A DNA stretch of 64,000 bases from Octopus vulgaris (Eukaryota). The notes under the pieces were generated by a model. It did not search any database. It had not been told where the DNA came from and worked only from the letters and a program-made list of their open reading frames with translations. Position numbers and translations under genes: made by a program. The stretch covers positions 79,236,001-79,300,000 of the forward strand of contig OX597815.1 in assembly GCA_951406725.2 (NCBI GenBank), written 5' to 3'. Position 1 is the first letter of the stretch. Each line of letters begins with the position of its first letter. Of the stretch, positions 1-11,818 are shown in pieces.

Positions 1-390
1 TAAACAATCATTAAAAAGAGGTACTAAATTTTGTGAAAATTTAAAACAGAATACGTGATAGCCGAATAAAAATTATAATGCATGCCAGAAAACTTTGCTT
101 TTTGATCAGGACGCAGTCTGAGCCAAGTTGTTTTCTTCGGCTGGTTCATTTAACGTAAGAATGGGATCATTCGCTAGTACAGAGATCTGTGCTCTCATAG
201 GGTCGTATATATTAGATACCTTAAATTTTTAAAAAATCACTCTTGCTATTTTTAATCACGTGATAGCTCGAAACCCGCAAATGAGCACACTATAGATAAG
301 CTAAGGAAGGACACAATACAAACTTTCGGATTTTTTGACCTTTAAATCAGCATAGAAATCAACAATAATCGATTTCTTAAATGTTATACA
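1..390 (+). mobile_element. Degraded Penelope-like reverse transcriptase fragment
   Basis: Translation near 150-215 gives FNVRMGSFASTEICALIGSYILD, resembling the PLE RT motif DVxMGSxDGAEICELVGLYIL; stops and frameshifts are present. Confidence 0.6.
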
Positions 391-1548
391 AGCTGATGTA
401 GACAAAAGTCGAAAAGAGATTAATCCTGAAGAACTAATGTCAAATCGGACACGTTCGGTGGTTGCAAACACACCCATTCAAAGTGGTTACGAATACCTTA
501 AATGAAATGTGCTGATGTTCTGGCAGATTCGAATGATGATAGAAGTTGTCATGTGTGGGCTGAATTCATCGCTGTCATCGTCGAATTCCGCAGCCGAACT
601 TGAGTGCCGTAAATTCCTACACAGTGTTCTTGGCTGTTTTACGGAAAATGGTGAACTAGCAGAAAAGCAAACTATATATAGCTACTGTCTGTTTCAGAAA
701 AGGAAGCCAAAGACAAAATTATTAATGACAATCCTATATGTTGTTTGTCCCAAAAAGTGATTGTTTACAACACCGGAATTTAATGAGTTAAGCATCAGCT
801 GGATCTGTTGATCTGATTGTTCAGTTTTTTGTTGATGTCATCAATCCTTAGCAACATCGTGTTATTTGTCCATGTGAATACATTGATTCAGGTTCGATTC
901 CCAAGCAGTGAGCTGCTGTTTGGTACTACCAAATAATCCTGCTACAAAGAGAAGTTATCATTTAGAAAAGTGCACCCGCACCAGCAAACGCTTTGTTGAG
1001 TGTTATAAAAGAATATGCAATAAAATAAAATAAAATTAAAAAAAAAAAAAAGATTAATAAGAAGCTTCCCTATTAACCGTAAAACGATCCAAACAAGACA
1101 TAAAAGCATATCTATTAGTGGCAGCAAAGCAGAGAGAAGAGGTAACAGGTGTTAATAGAGGAGGTAACCAGGGTTTGAGGGCGAATATGATTTAACGATA
1201 AAAGGCTATGCATAATATTTATGTTATTAACACTAACTTACAAAAGAAATTCTAATTTTTCAAATGTTATTGAAGCTAGTAGCTTTAATAATATACCGTA
1301 AATTCTGGGCTATAAGCCGCTACTTTTTCCCCACACTTTGAACATTGCGGCTAATACTATGGTGCGGCTAATGCATGTTCGTTTTTTTTTTGTCATGCCG
1401 CGAAAAACCTTTTGCCTCGCAACAGTAGACCAATCAAATTGATGAGTAGGTCAAAGAGGTCCAATGAAATTGTGCGATAAATCAAGAGCACTTTCACAAT
1501 CCAATTACCGGTATTGTAAAGCTGTCATTTGTATTCACCCTCATCAAC

Positions 1549-2824
1549 ATGGAAAACACTCGAAGAAAAGCATATGATGCAGCTTTTAAGTTGAAGGCAA
1601 TCAATCTGGTGGTTGAAGAAGGAAATCGAGCTGCTGCACGTAAACTTGGCATAAATGAATCGATGGTGAAACGGTGGAGACGCCAGCAGGAAGAACAAAA
1701 AGACGACGAAAGTTTTCAGAGGTAACCATAGTATATGACCCGAACTTGAAAACTTTCTTGAAGACAGGGAGAGCAAGCAGCTACGGTGTTTCCACTGTGC
1801 AGATCAGACTGAAGGCGAAAACAATCACCACCGAAATGAAAATCGAAGATATTAGAGGTGGGCCATCGTGGTGTTTTGTATTTATGAGAAGAAAATCTAG
1901 TCCGCCAAGCACGCACGACTTTGTGTCAGCAGCTCCCACCCCGTCTATGAGGAAAAACTTGTTAACTTTCGCACATTCACTCAAATAAAGATAGCGGAGA
2001 ATTCCATCGGACTAGAAAATATCATAAATACGGATGAAGTACCTTTGACGTTTGACCTGCCTCTCACTCGGACTGTTAATAAAAAAGGTGACTCGTCCTT
2101 CGCACTGAAAACAAGTGGTCACGAGAGAACGCATTTTACCTGTGTTCTAAGCTGCACAGCATCCAGACTAAAGCTTCCACCGATGGTGATTTTTAAGCGG
2201 CTGACAATGCCAAAGGATAAATTCTCAAAAGAAATCTTGCTGAAAGTCAATAAGAAAGATTGGATGATGGAGAACCTAATGAAGGATTAGCTTAGAGAGT
2301 GCTACGCCAAGCGACCTGGGGGATTTTTTCACACACACACAAAAAAAGCATTGGTCGTTATGGACAGCATGAGGGCCCATATAACAGATTCAGTGAAAGC
2401 TGCCATCAATAGTATAAACTCAATTCCAGCTGTGATTCCTGGGGGTACCACTAAGTATTTGCAGCCACTGGACATCAGCGTGAACCAGACATTTAAAGTG
2501 GCACTGCGCCGTGAGTGGGAGGATTGGATGATGAGCGGCGAGAAATCCTTCACTAAAACAGGCTGCATGTGAAAAGCATCTTTCACTCAAGTCTGCCAGT
2601 GGATCTTAAATGCGTGGAGCCGTGTCAAAACACCCACCACCACCAACAGGTTTCGAAAAGCTGGACTGCTGCGTGATGAAGAGGACCGGGTGCGCTCAAG
2701 TGAGAGTGACAATGAAGAGGCTGAAGTGAGTGACGAGATCCTGAAGCTGTTCAATTCGGACACTGAAGAAGAGGACTTTGATTATTTCCGTGCGCAGGAA
2801 GAAGATGAAGAAGGCGATCAATGA
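1549..2824 (+). pseudogene. POGK-like pogo transposase pseudogene (Brinker-type DBD, CENP-B HTH, DDE_1)
   Basis: MENTRRKAYDAAFKLKAINLVVEEGNRAAARKLGINESMVKRWRRQ; DEVPLTFDLP; TSGHERTHFTCVLSC...KLPPMVIFK; VMDSMRAH; IPGGTTKYLQPLDISVN; acidic tail; several stops and frameshifts. Confidence 0.9.
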
Positions 2825-2880
2825 CTTTTGACCTGGTAGGCTGCAGTGTTTGTGTGTGTGTATGTATATATATATATATA

Positions 2881-3252
2881 GGCAAGGAAAAATTATAAAA
2901 AGGCAGAATGCTAAATTAAAGGTAAATTTTAATGAAAATGGGTGCATGGAAAAAAAAAAAAAAATATATATATATATTAGTTCTGCTGAGGGCGAGGTGC
3001 GTTTGCCCGTCTCTGTCGGTTAGCCGTGCCTGCGCTTTTCGTGGAGCGACGGGCCCGGTCGAGAGAAGCGCGTGGATCCCGACGCCGACCAGCCGCGAAG
3101 TCGGCGGCAGTGGCGGGGCGCTCGTCTGCGACCTGCGGACGCCGCGCGCCTACCGGCCCGACGGGAAACGGATCAAGACGACGGCATCCGATGCCGGCGC
3201 CCCGGAAATCGAACGCCGACGAGGCGGCAGACGACTATAATTTTTCCTTGCC
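2881..3252. mobile_element. Small TIR element (MITE) with GC-rich cargo, nested in the pogo element
   Basis: Perfect 19-bp inverted repeat TAGGCAAGGAAAAATTATA (2879-2897) / TATAATTTTTCCTTGCCTA (3236-3254), including the flanking TA. Confidence 0.75.
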
Positions 3253-3920
3253 TATCATTTCTCCACGTGCGGTCAACACAACCCCACCATTTATTGATTT
3301 ATATATATATATATATATATACACCGGTTGGTTAGGAGGAATGTTGTTCGTGCACTGTTCAGTAAAAAAGCATAAGCAATGTAATTTGTGTGTTACTGAT
3401 ACGTACGTATATTTAAAGATAGCCGTGTTACAGGCACTGTTCGAAAAAAAGCATTTGCAATATGTGTTTGTGTATGTCACCATACGGATTAAATTAAAAG
3501 TTAAAAAATCCCCACGTGTAATATCTTTCCGTGTAAATATCTCATATTACAATGTTGGACACCTGCAGCTTAAAATCCGGTGCGGCCTGTACATGTACAA
3601 AATTGATTTTCTTTCTAAAATTAGAGCATGCTGCTTTTAATCAGGTGCACTCTGTAGTCCGGAATTTACGGTATATATCTTTAATATTACGAAACAACAC
3701 TGTGAAAATACATAAATTCATACATAAAAATAAGGAAAGCATGAAATTTATCCGTTTTTAAAAAATTCCTATCTCTCCTTTTTCTTTGTCTCTTTGTTTG
3801 TCTGTCTGTTTGTCTATCTGTCTGTCTGTCTCTCTCTCTCCCTCTCTCCACACAAATATATGCGTGTGTGTGTGTGTGCATGCGCGCACGCTCGTATGTA
3901 TACACGTGTATGTATGCAGC

Positions 3921-3987
<67 letters not shown>

Positions 3988-3997
3988 CACACACACA

Positions 3998-4035
<38 letters not shown>

Positions 4036-4748
4036 TACATAAATGTATGAAAGAGAAAGAGAGAGAGAGATGGAGATGTCCCATTAGTAGATGTTATTGA
4101 ATTTCATCAATTTGTGTAGTTCTGTTGGACTAATCGACTACAAATAATTTGGATTTAATCTGGAAACTTTATAAATGGATTAATCTATCGAGATGCCTTT
4201 GCTACTCTGTTGCTATATTTCGGTTTCAGATATTAACTTTTTGTACAATGAATATCTGTATTATCTGAAGTTGGATCATTAAATTTTTCTCCGGGAGGAT
4301 TAAATACTGTATCAGTAAATAGATACGAACTTTCTACCCAACAGACATAGTTATCCTCCCCCACCCCTTCTTAAAAACATAAATTTAAAAAAAAAAATAT
4401 CTGCAATTATTTAACCGCTACGTTTACAAGCTTTAATAATTCTGTTTATAAACTTCGTGCATGCAAGGGCAATAATTAAAAGCAGATGTTTACAAGCAAA
4501 GAAAAAAAAAAATGACAGAAAGTTAAGATTAAAAAGCAGGGAGATAACTTCTACATTAATTTTTAAATATAGAGAATCCTTTTTTATTTTGGCACATGGC
4601 CGGCAATTTTGAGAGGTGTTGAAGTCGATTACATTGATCCCAGTGGTCAACAGGTACTTATTTTATCGACCCCGAGAGAATGAAAGGCAAAGTCGACCTC
4701 GGCAGGAATTTGAAATTTTTAAAAAGAGATAATGACAAATGTTTATTT

Positions 4749-4968
4749 CGTTTTTGGATTTGGTTTGCAAGATTCTTTACATGAGTTCGTATGTTGAAGC
4801 ATATTCTGTTGTGTCTGGGGAGAGTCATTTTCTTTTTGTGCCTTATAATATAACATATTCACACTCACAATTTTAGGAAAATAAAAATAAGAAATAAGTG
4901 AAAATTTTACCGGTGAGAGTGTTACGTTATAAGGCACAAAAAGAAAATGACTCTCCCCAGACACAACA
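4749..4968. mobile_element. Short foldback retro-insertion (probable Penelope inverted pseudo-LTR pair), copy 1
   Basis: Internal inverted repeat (TCTGTTGTGTCTGGGGAGAGTCATTTTCTTTTTGTGCCTTATAA and its reverse complement); 15-bp direct repeat GACAAATGTTTATTT at 4734-4748 and 4969-4983; second copy near 50121. Confidence 0.7.
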
Positions 4969-4993
4969 GACAAATGTTTATTTTAGCAATTAC

Positions 4994-5278
4994 AGGCATA
5001 CTTCAACTTATGTCAGTTATTGCTTCAAAGACATGCAATATAACGAAAAATGAGTCAACTTGAAAAAAAATATTTGCTCATATCTGTTTTAATAAATGAT
5101 GTGTACATATTTTTACATGTACTTTATTTAGGTGTTTCTTAATTTTTTATCTTATATATTTTCGCTGTAACCGACGTAAAGTCCGATAAATCGATTAATG
5201 TTCTTAACCCCACTCCACCAAGATCACTTTATGTCGAAAAAGACGTAATCTGAAGTGACGTAAGTTAAGATATAATTG
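4994..5278. mobile_element. Tigger-like MITE
   Basis: Imperfect TIRs CAGGCATACTTCAACTTATGTCA / TGACGTAAGTTAAGATATAATTG flanked by TA. Confidence 0.5.
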
Positions 5279-6909
5279 TATTTAATTATTCTTCAACAAC
5301 TCAAAAACTGTTTGCCAAATTGGACATTAACACTACATATTGGTGGGAGTTCTGGTAAAGTGGAGCTGTTTTTCCAGTGTCATTCACGCTCAGCTATTTT
5401 GCTCCTACCTGTCTGGTTACAAAAATTGACTCTACTTTCAGAACATGTAGGCTTCACTTTGCTTCCATCTGAACACGATTCAAGTATTTTTCTGCCTTTT
5501 ACTTCACCGAAATTACCCAAGAAATTACATTCGGTCTTTCAGTGTATTTGGAACACGTATTTCTTAATCCTCTAAGTTTTCTAGCTTCACATTCACCGTC
5601 TCGTCATCGCGCGTGAAGCTACTAGAAGTTAAATAATATATCTAACTGAAGGTTGATGATTCTACGATGTTATTTTAGTATTGGATGTAGGATACAAATC
5701 AACCGCATGAAGAAAAGCAAGACCCAATTCAAATGGAAAAACTGAAAGAAATAACTCTAGGACTCCGGTCTTAAATTCAGTATTGGAGCGTTGTGCTGAT
5801 GCTTCAGCCATAATCATCTTACTCCTATTCACTATTAAGATACTCCTAAATTACACAATACTCTCATTCTTTTCGTATGGAAGCTAGCTAGGCATAGGTT
5901 GTGTTCTCGCAGTGAATATACGAATGAATATACGTGTCATCTATTCTCTGAAGTCAATAAGGGTTATCAGAATTGATGGTTACTTTTGATCAAGAGAGGG
6001 AAATTGACTTCAGTATACATTAATTTTTTTCAACATGGTCCACCACGCTTTCAGAGAAAATCCTTGATGTATGTTCTGTGGTTACAGCACAGAGCTAAGT
6101 TTCACAGCGAGACGTTTGAGATGACACTGTGCACATGTATTTTCATTACCCACATTGTATTGGTATTCCAGCTATTAGAGAAATGTTAGCTATACGAAGG
6201 AAAATATCTCTCTCAACAGCTTTATACCTTGATAACTGGGATGTGTTCCACAATAACATATTTCGATAATGCTGGTGATTGAGAAGAGAAAAAAAGGTAA
6301 ACATCTTCAATCAGGTTAACTGGTTACATGGGAAATAACTCTTACAATATAAGATTTTTAACTGAAGCTAAGCGACAATATTTTGTTTAGTAGATATTTA
6401 ATTGTTCTTCTACTAATCAGTACTTATTTTATAATGGGGTAAAACTAATCGATCATAACACTTACCTTTATAAAAGCGTACATAATCACCGAGATAAAAT
6501 TTTCTAATTTATTTAGAAGAATAATTTCTGACTGACCACATGAGAGTAAGATGCGTACAAATATTTCTTTCTACCTTATACACAAGGCCTGAAATTACAG
6601 GTGGGCGTTGAGGCTAGTAGATTACATCAACCCCTGTATTCAACTGGTACTTTAAGATAAAGTAAGGTAGGTGTAATTTGAATCCAGAACGTAAAGTCGG
6701 AAGAAATGCCGCTAAGTATTTTGCCCTCGTGCTAACAATTCCGCCAGCTCACTGCCTTATGCGTGCAAATAATAGACAGACTTTTGACTTGCTTGACAGT
6801 CAACGATTATCTTATAACTGATGTTTTGCACATGCATGTAGATTTGGATTTACAGAGGAAGTGACGGAATGAAATAGTTACTTCATGTATTTTTTAAAGA
6901 GTTTTAGCG

Positions 6910-7110
6910 ACTTGAATGACATAAAGCTGTACCTCGAAATAAAGAGGACAGATCCAGTACACTATAGATCTTTATTGCAATCAGACCTGGACACAATGCA
7001 GCAATGGATCATGGACTGGCAACTTAAGCTGGCTGTGGACAAATGTACCTCCATGCATTTTGGGAGGAAAAACCCAGCGTCCACTTACTCCCTCCACAAC
7101 ACTAATCTCA
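6910..7110 (+). mobile_element. LINE (CR1-group) RT fragment
   Basis: NDIKLYLEI...LQSDLDTMQQWIMDWQLKLAVDKCTSMHFGRKNP matches the RT region after the FADD motif. Confidence 0.8.
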
Positions 7111-7129
7111 AAAAGATAATAATAATAAT

Positions 7130-7400
7130 AGTAAAACGCATAGCTAACCATCTTTCTACATTTGAATAAATTAACAAACGTAATACTACTGGTCTTAGCA
7201 AATTAATTTACTTTAGACTTGAAAATTTTGTCAAGATCGTCCCCTTATGATAAGGGCAAATCCTTTTGCCCTCTTTGTACGGATGAACAACTGTTTATCC
7301 TTTTTCCAAACACACACTTCTCAACACCTATAAAGAATGTGTTTATAGGCGTTTACGTTGGAGAAAACACACTTTCAGCTATTTCAAATAATATCTGCTC
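7130..7400 (+). mobile_element. Penelope-like GIY-YIG endonuclease C-terminal fragment
   Basis: KRIANHLSTF...NTTGLSK...KILSRSSPYDKGKSFCPLCTDEQLFIL is typical of PLE C-termini (WxILxxxxPY...CxLCxxEKxxI). Confidence 0.65.
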
Positions 7401-7674
7401 CCCTTTGCCTTATTATATCTGTATTTTTCACTTTATTCTCTTCAATCCACACGTCCTATTCTTTCCTTTATCGTTTCTATCAATTTGTCATTCACCTTTC
7501 TATTTGTTTAGTCCTCCATTACTTCTTTAATTTTTTTTCTTTCCTCTTTCTCTTCCTCTCTCGACTAAGACGTCAATTTTCTTGACGGTATTTTAAAAAC
7601 TACTAGCGTTCTCTATCCACTTTTTTTATATATTATAATTTCTTACATTTGTAAACATGGTTTATTAATTCTTT

Positions 7675-8330
7675 CTTTATCTTTATCTTTATCTTTATCT
7701 AGTTTCAGCTCACAAGCTGTGGCCATGCTGGGGCACCGCCATTTGGTGTTGCTACATGATTTTACTTCACGAATGCTTTTTAGCAATTGCCATTTGGTGC
7801 ATGAGAGAGTTCGATGCAGCTGCCCTCATCTGCACCTCCTGCAGTGAAGTTGGTTCATCTGGGACACCTGACAGGAAGAGATCCAGTTTTATTTTAAAGA
7901 CATCTGCATCCACCCCATGCAAGTCTCTTAGGTTCTTCGCCAGGATATTGAAGAGCTGTGGGCCTCGGAAGCCCAGGCTATCACAGTATCTTGTCCTACA
8001 TCTTGATGGCAAATTTGGAGTCCTTGGCACTATGCAGTGGCGCCCAGTTCTGGCATTTGTGTAACTCTCGATGCCAAAGTTTGGGACAAGTCCTTCTAGG
8101 ATCTTCCAGATGTATATTATGGTATATCTTTCTCGCCTACGCTCTAAGGAATAGAGTCTCAATCTCTTGAGTCTTTCCCAATAGCTTATATGCTGCACAG
8201 AGGCTATCTTCGTGTAGCTTCGTTAGATCGCCTCAAGTTCTGTGATTAACTTGACACTGGATGGTGACCATAGCTGAGAGCAATAGTCAAAGTGGCTTAG
8301 GACAAGTGTCCTCCAGAGGACCATCATGAA
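7675..8330 (-). mobile_element. 5'-truncated LINE 3' end (CR1/L2/Jockey group)
   Basis: TLVLSHFDYCSQLWSP...SYWERLKRLRLYSLERRRERY...RGPQLFNIL...FKIKLDLFLSGVPDEP; 3' UTR GGCGGTGCCCCAGCATGGCC...GAAACTA followed by a (GATAAA)n tail. Confidence 0.9.
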
Positions 8331-8503
8331 CACTGTTATTTATATTATCCACCTTGATGAGATTGATACACTATTCCACCTTATTTTTCCCTTCCATATT
8401 AATTTAATGTATCCATCGAAACATATATGACGGTGATATAAATGATTTAAATATCATCTTGTTCGTTTGTTTTCATTTCTCTTATATATATTCTATCTGT
8501 CTG

Positions 8504-8591
<88 letters not shown>

Positions 8592-8639
8592 ATAGACACA
8601 CGCATATGTATGTATGCATATATATAGGCGCGCACACAT

Positions 8640-8995
8640 GAATGTGTGGCAAGAAGTTTGCTTCCTAACCTCCTGATTCCAGGTTCAGTCCCACTAGATG
8701 TGTCTTCTTCTGCTATAGAGGCCTTGTGAATGGATTTCGTGGACGGAAACTGAAAGAAGCCCGTCGTGTGTGTGTCATTGTGTCAGTGTTTGTCTTCCAC
8801 TACAGCTTGACAAGTGGTGCTGATGTGTTTATGTCCCCATAATGTAGCGGTTCGACAAAAGTAACCGATAGAAAAGGTACCAGACTTTAAAAAAGGGGTG
8901 GTGGAAACGTACTGGGATCGATTCGTTCGACTAAAATTCTTCAAGGCGGTGCCCTAGCATGACCCAAGTCTAATGACTGAACAAGTAAAAGTTAA
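8640..8995 (+). mobile_element. tRNA-derived SINE
   Basis: Matches the family at 14122, 16165 and 23105 (GGTTCAGTCCCAC, GACGGAAACTGAAAGAAGCCCGTCG, AAGGCGGTGCCC..GCATG, TGACTGAAACAAGTAAAAG). Confidence 0.85.
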
Positions 8996-8996
8996 A

Positions 8997-9037
<41 letters not shown>

Positions 9038-9097
9038 TTGTGTGTATGTATGTATATATATCTATGCATGTTCGTATGTATGTATATGCGTGAGTAT

Positions 9098-9166
<69 letters not shown>

Positions 9167-9767
9167 CACATAGTGTTCGTCCACCAAATAGTATTCACGA
9201 AGTATTACCTAACTTGAGACACTTGCCCAAAGTCTCGCTCAGTGGGATAGAACTCTGGCACCATGTAGTTTCGAAGTGGACTATCCACACGATTATGCGT
9301 ACGCCCTTGAATCCTTCGTTCGGCAGCCTGACACATTGCCAGCCACAACAATTAATGTCTCTATTTATAATAATAAACAAGATCATTAGATAGTTTATAA
9401 GATTAAACATATAAATCTCTTATCTTGGAAACATATTTCTTCTGCATTTACAGTCTTCTACATGTATTCTTAATTACTCATTTACGAATGCTGGAGCTTT
9501 GGAAATATGCCAAGACAAGAATTATAGTAGGTATTTTTCTCTTATATATTCTCTAACAATTACAGCTTGAATTATATAGTCAAGGTTTTTTATTGTTTTA
9601 TTGATTAAATAATAAATCAACTAATTAATAAATAACAAATGCTTAATATTTAACTTGTTATTTCTTATTCCAAGTAAATTAAAGACTATCAGCAGATGCT
9701 TCTGTTAGCCATTCCATTTACCAGTACTTCACCAAAATTTAGATACCTCGTGCACTTTTATAAACAA

Positions 9768-10160
9768 CTAGCAGTATCGCCCGGCGTTGCTCGGGTTTGT
9801 AAGGGAAATAACTATAAAGCATTTTTAGAGAGTTATAGCCAAAAAATAGCAAAAAATGCATTAAAAATGGAAAAAATATGATGGTAAATTTTTTTTAAAT
9901 CGTTGACTCATCGTAGACATTTTTAGAGAGTTACTTCACTTATATTTAAAAAAATATGCATTAAAATGGAAAAAAATTATGGTAAATTATTTTTAAAATC
10001 GTAGACTCATCGTAGACGCGCACTAATACCCAGAAGGGCTCGATATGAATCACGACTATAATATACCCGGTTTTGGTTAAACTGCACCGCAAAATGTGGG
10101 AGTAGTTAGGAATCTAAATCGGAGTAGACAGACACACAACCTTACTTTTATATATAAAGA
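9768..10160 (-). mobile_element. Non-autonomous Helitron
   Basis: On the minus strand: A|TCTTTATATATAAAAG at the 5' end, and hairpin CCCGAGCAACGCCGGG plus CGATACTGCTAG|T at the 3' end; inserted between A and T; several copies in the window. Confidence 0.85.
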
Positions 10161-10481
10161 TTTCAACAAATTGTTTGGGGAGGCAGAACAGAGTTTCCAC
10201 GGTGCATGGTAAATATATAAAAAGAAAAAATATCACAGATCAATATTTCCTGGAATCAGTACGATGAAAATAGACGAATACCGTTAAGAAAAATATTAGT
10301 TGATTTATTAAACCACCAAATGAATTTTGATTATATAAAAAAAGCTCATCGAATAAACTTTATTCTCTTTATCAATGCATTTAAGATGAAAAATTATTGA
10401 AATATATTCTAACTTTGAATATAACTTTTCCATAAAGTTCTGAAAAACTCAGAGATAGCTTTTAATTATCTCTTTTTAAAT

Positions 10482-11272
10482 TCACTGCCTCCCAAGACTC
10501 AAACCTCCATCAAAAGGAATGGTAGCACCGGTGAGAAAACTTGCTTTAGGAGAACATAAATATGAAATAAAATCTCCTATTTCTTCAGGTTGACCCCATC
10601 GACCCATCGGTGTTCTCTGGCAACCAACATCAGGACCCAAAATGCTTTCTCTCAGTTTCCAAGGTTTCGTTTGTATGTATCCAGGAACAATGCAATTACA
10701 AGAGATTCCCCTCTTTGCTAACATTTTAGCATAATGACGAGACAGATACTCAAGTACACATTTCCCTGTACCTGGCATCATATAACCTAGTCGAACATGG
10801 TCATTGATATTACAACCAGGGCTTGACAAGCAGACTATATAGCCATGACCATCTTCCATAAACTTCATTCCCGTTTCTACTAAACGTATGAAACACTTAG
10901 GATAGATATCTTGGTAGTAGTCGTAGTATTCAAAAGTACTAAAACAAGTATTCGGGTCCTTCGAAAAAGAATTTGGTTTAAAAAGTCCAGCAGTGTGAAC
11001 AATAGCAGTGAGCTTGCCGTTCATTTCATTCAAGCAGCTAAAATACGAATTCACAGTGCCTTCTTCACAAACATCTCCGCTAATCGTCCGAACTTCGATG
11101 TTGAAATCTGTCTCCAATTCCTGTAAGCATTTCTTGGCATTTTCACTGTCAGAAAGATAACCAAGAATTAAATTATAACCTTGAGAAGCAAGAGCTTTGG
11201 AAGTTGCAAAACCTATGCCACCTGTTCCTCCAGTAATTATGGCAATTTTTTGCCGGTCTTCATTATGGTTAC
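10482..11272 (-). CDS. Short-chain dehydrogenase/reductase, FabL/ChcA-like (enoyl-thioester reductase type); main and terminal coding exon
   Basis: Uninterrupted frame with the TGGTGGIG Rossmann motif, GDV, VHTAG, LSSPG, YMMPGTGK (Y-x6-K), NCIVPGYIQT, TPMGRWGQPEEIG and LTGATIPFDGG. Acceptor ttgtatttgtatattctag precedes 11272; AATAAA (tttatt on the plus strand, near 10358) lies downstream. The true start is uncertain. Confidence 0.92.
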
Positions 11273-11407
11273 CTAGAATATACAAATACAAAGAGAGTAT
11301 TAAAAGTTTATACGAACAAAACGACAAATGCAAACACACAGAAAGAAAACCTTCCTATGTTGTCTCACTCTACATAATATAGATAATGGCTAAATATATC
11401 AACGTAT

Positions 11408-11650
11408 GTGGAGGCACGTGAGCTTTGTTGTTAGAGCGTTGAATTCATGAGCGTAAGAATGTGGTTTCGTTTCCTGGACCGGGTGACGCGTTGTGTTCTT
11501 GTGTAAAACACTTTATTTGACGTTGCTCCAGTCCACTCGGCTGGCAAAAATGAGTCATCTTGCGACGGATCGGTGTCCCGTCCAGGTGGTGAATATATAC
11601 GGCATGGAAACAAGGAAATCGGTCCTATGAGTGTATACGACTCAATAAGA
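11408..11650 (+). mobile_element. Degenerate tRNA-SINE
   Basis: GGAGGCACGTG...GTGGTTTCGTTTCCTGGACCGGG head similar to the copy at 22602, followed by a core-like segment. Confidence 0.7.
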
Positions 11651-11818
11651 GTCTTTATCCCGTATGTCAACGTATACCTGCCTTATTGTCTTTTAGTTTG
11701 ACATCAATTATAACTGATGACATTGATGGTCACAGACAGAATGATTTTTGCCAATAATTCTCAACCATGGTTCAAAAACAAAAAGAAACAACAACAATAC
11801 ATACACATACATTGATAT

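Larger units (their letters stand above)
1296..3671 (+). mobile_element. pogo/Tigger-family DNA transposon (full length, defective)
   Basis: TIRs CCGTAAATTC(T/C)GG(G/A)CTA at both ends, each flanked by TA (1294-1295, 3672-3673); internal transposase remnant. Confidence 0.92.

Noticed and set aside
3026-3640. 204-aa Arg/Ala-rich ORF and overlapping ORFs
   Set aside because: They arise from the GC-rich insert plus (TA)n and the pogo 3' region; no recognisable domain.
11273-11339. Hydrophobic N-terminal extension (MCLHLSFC...) of the SDR ORF as a signal peptide
   Set aside because: It corresponds to the polypyrimidine tract and AG acceptor of an intron.
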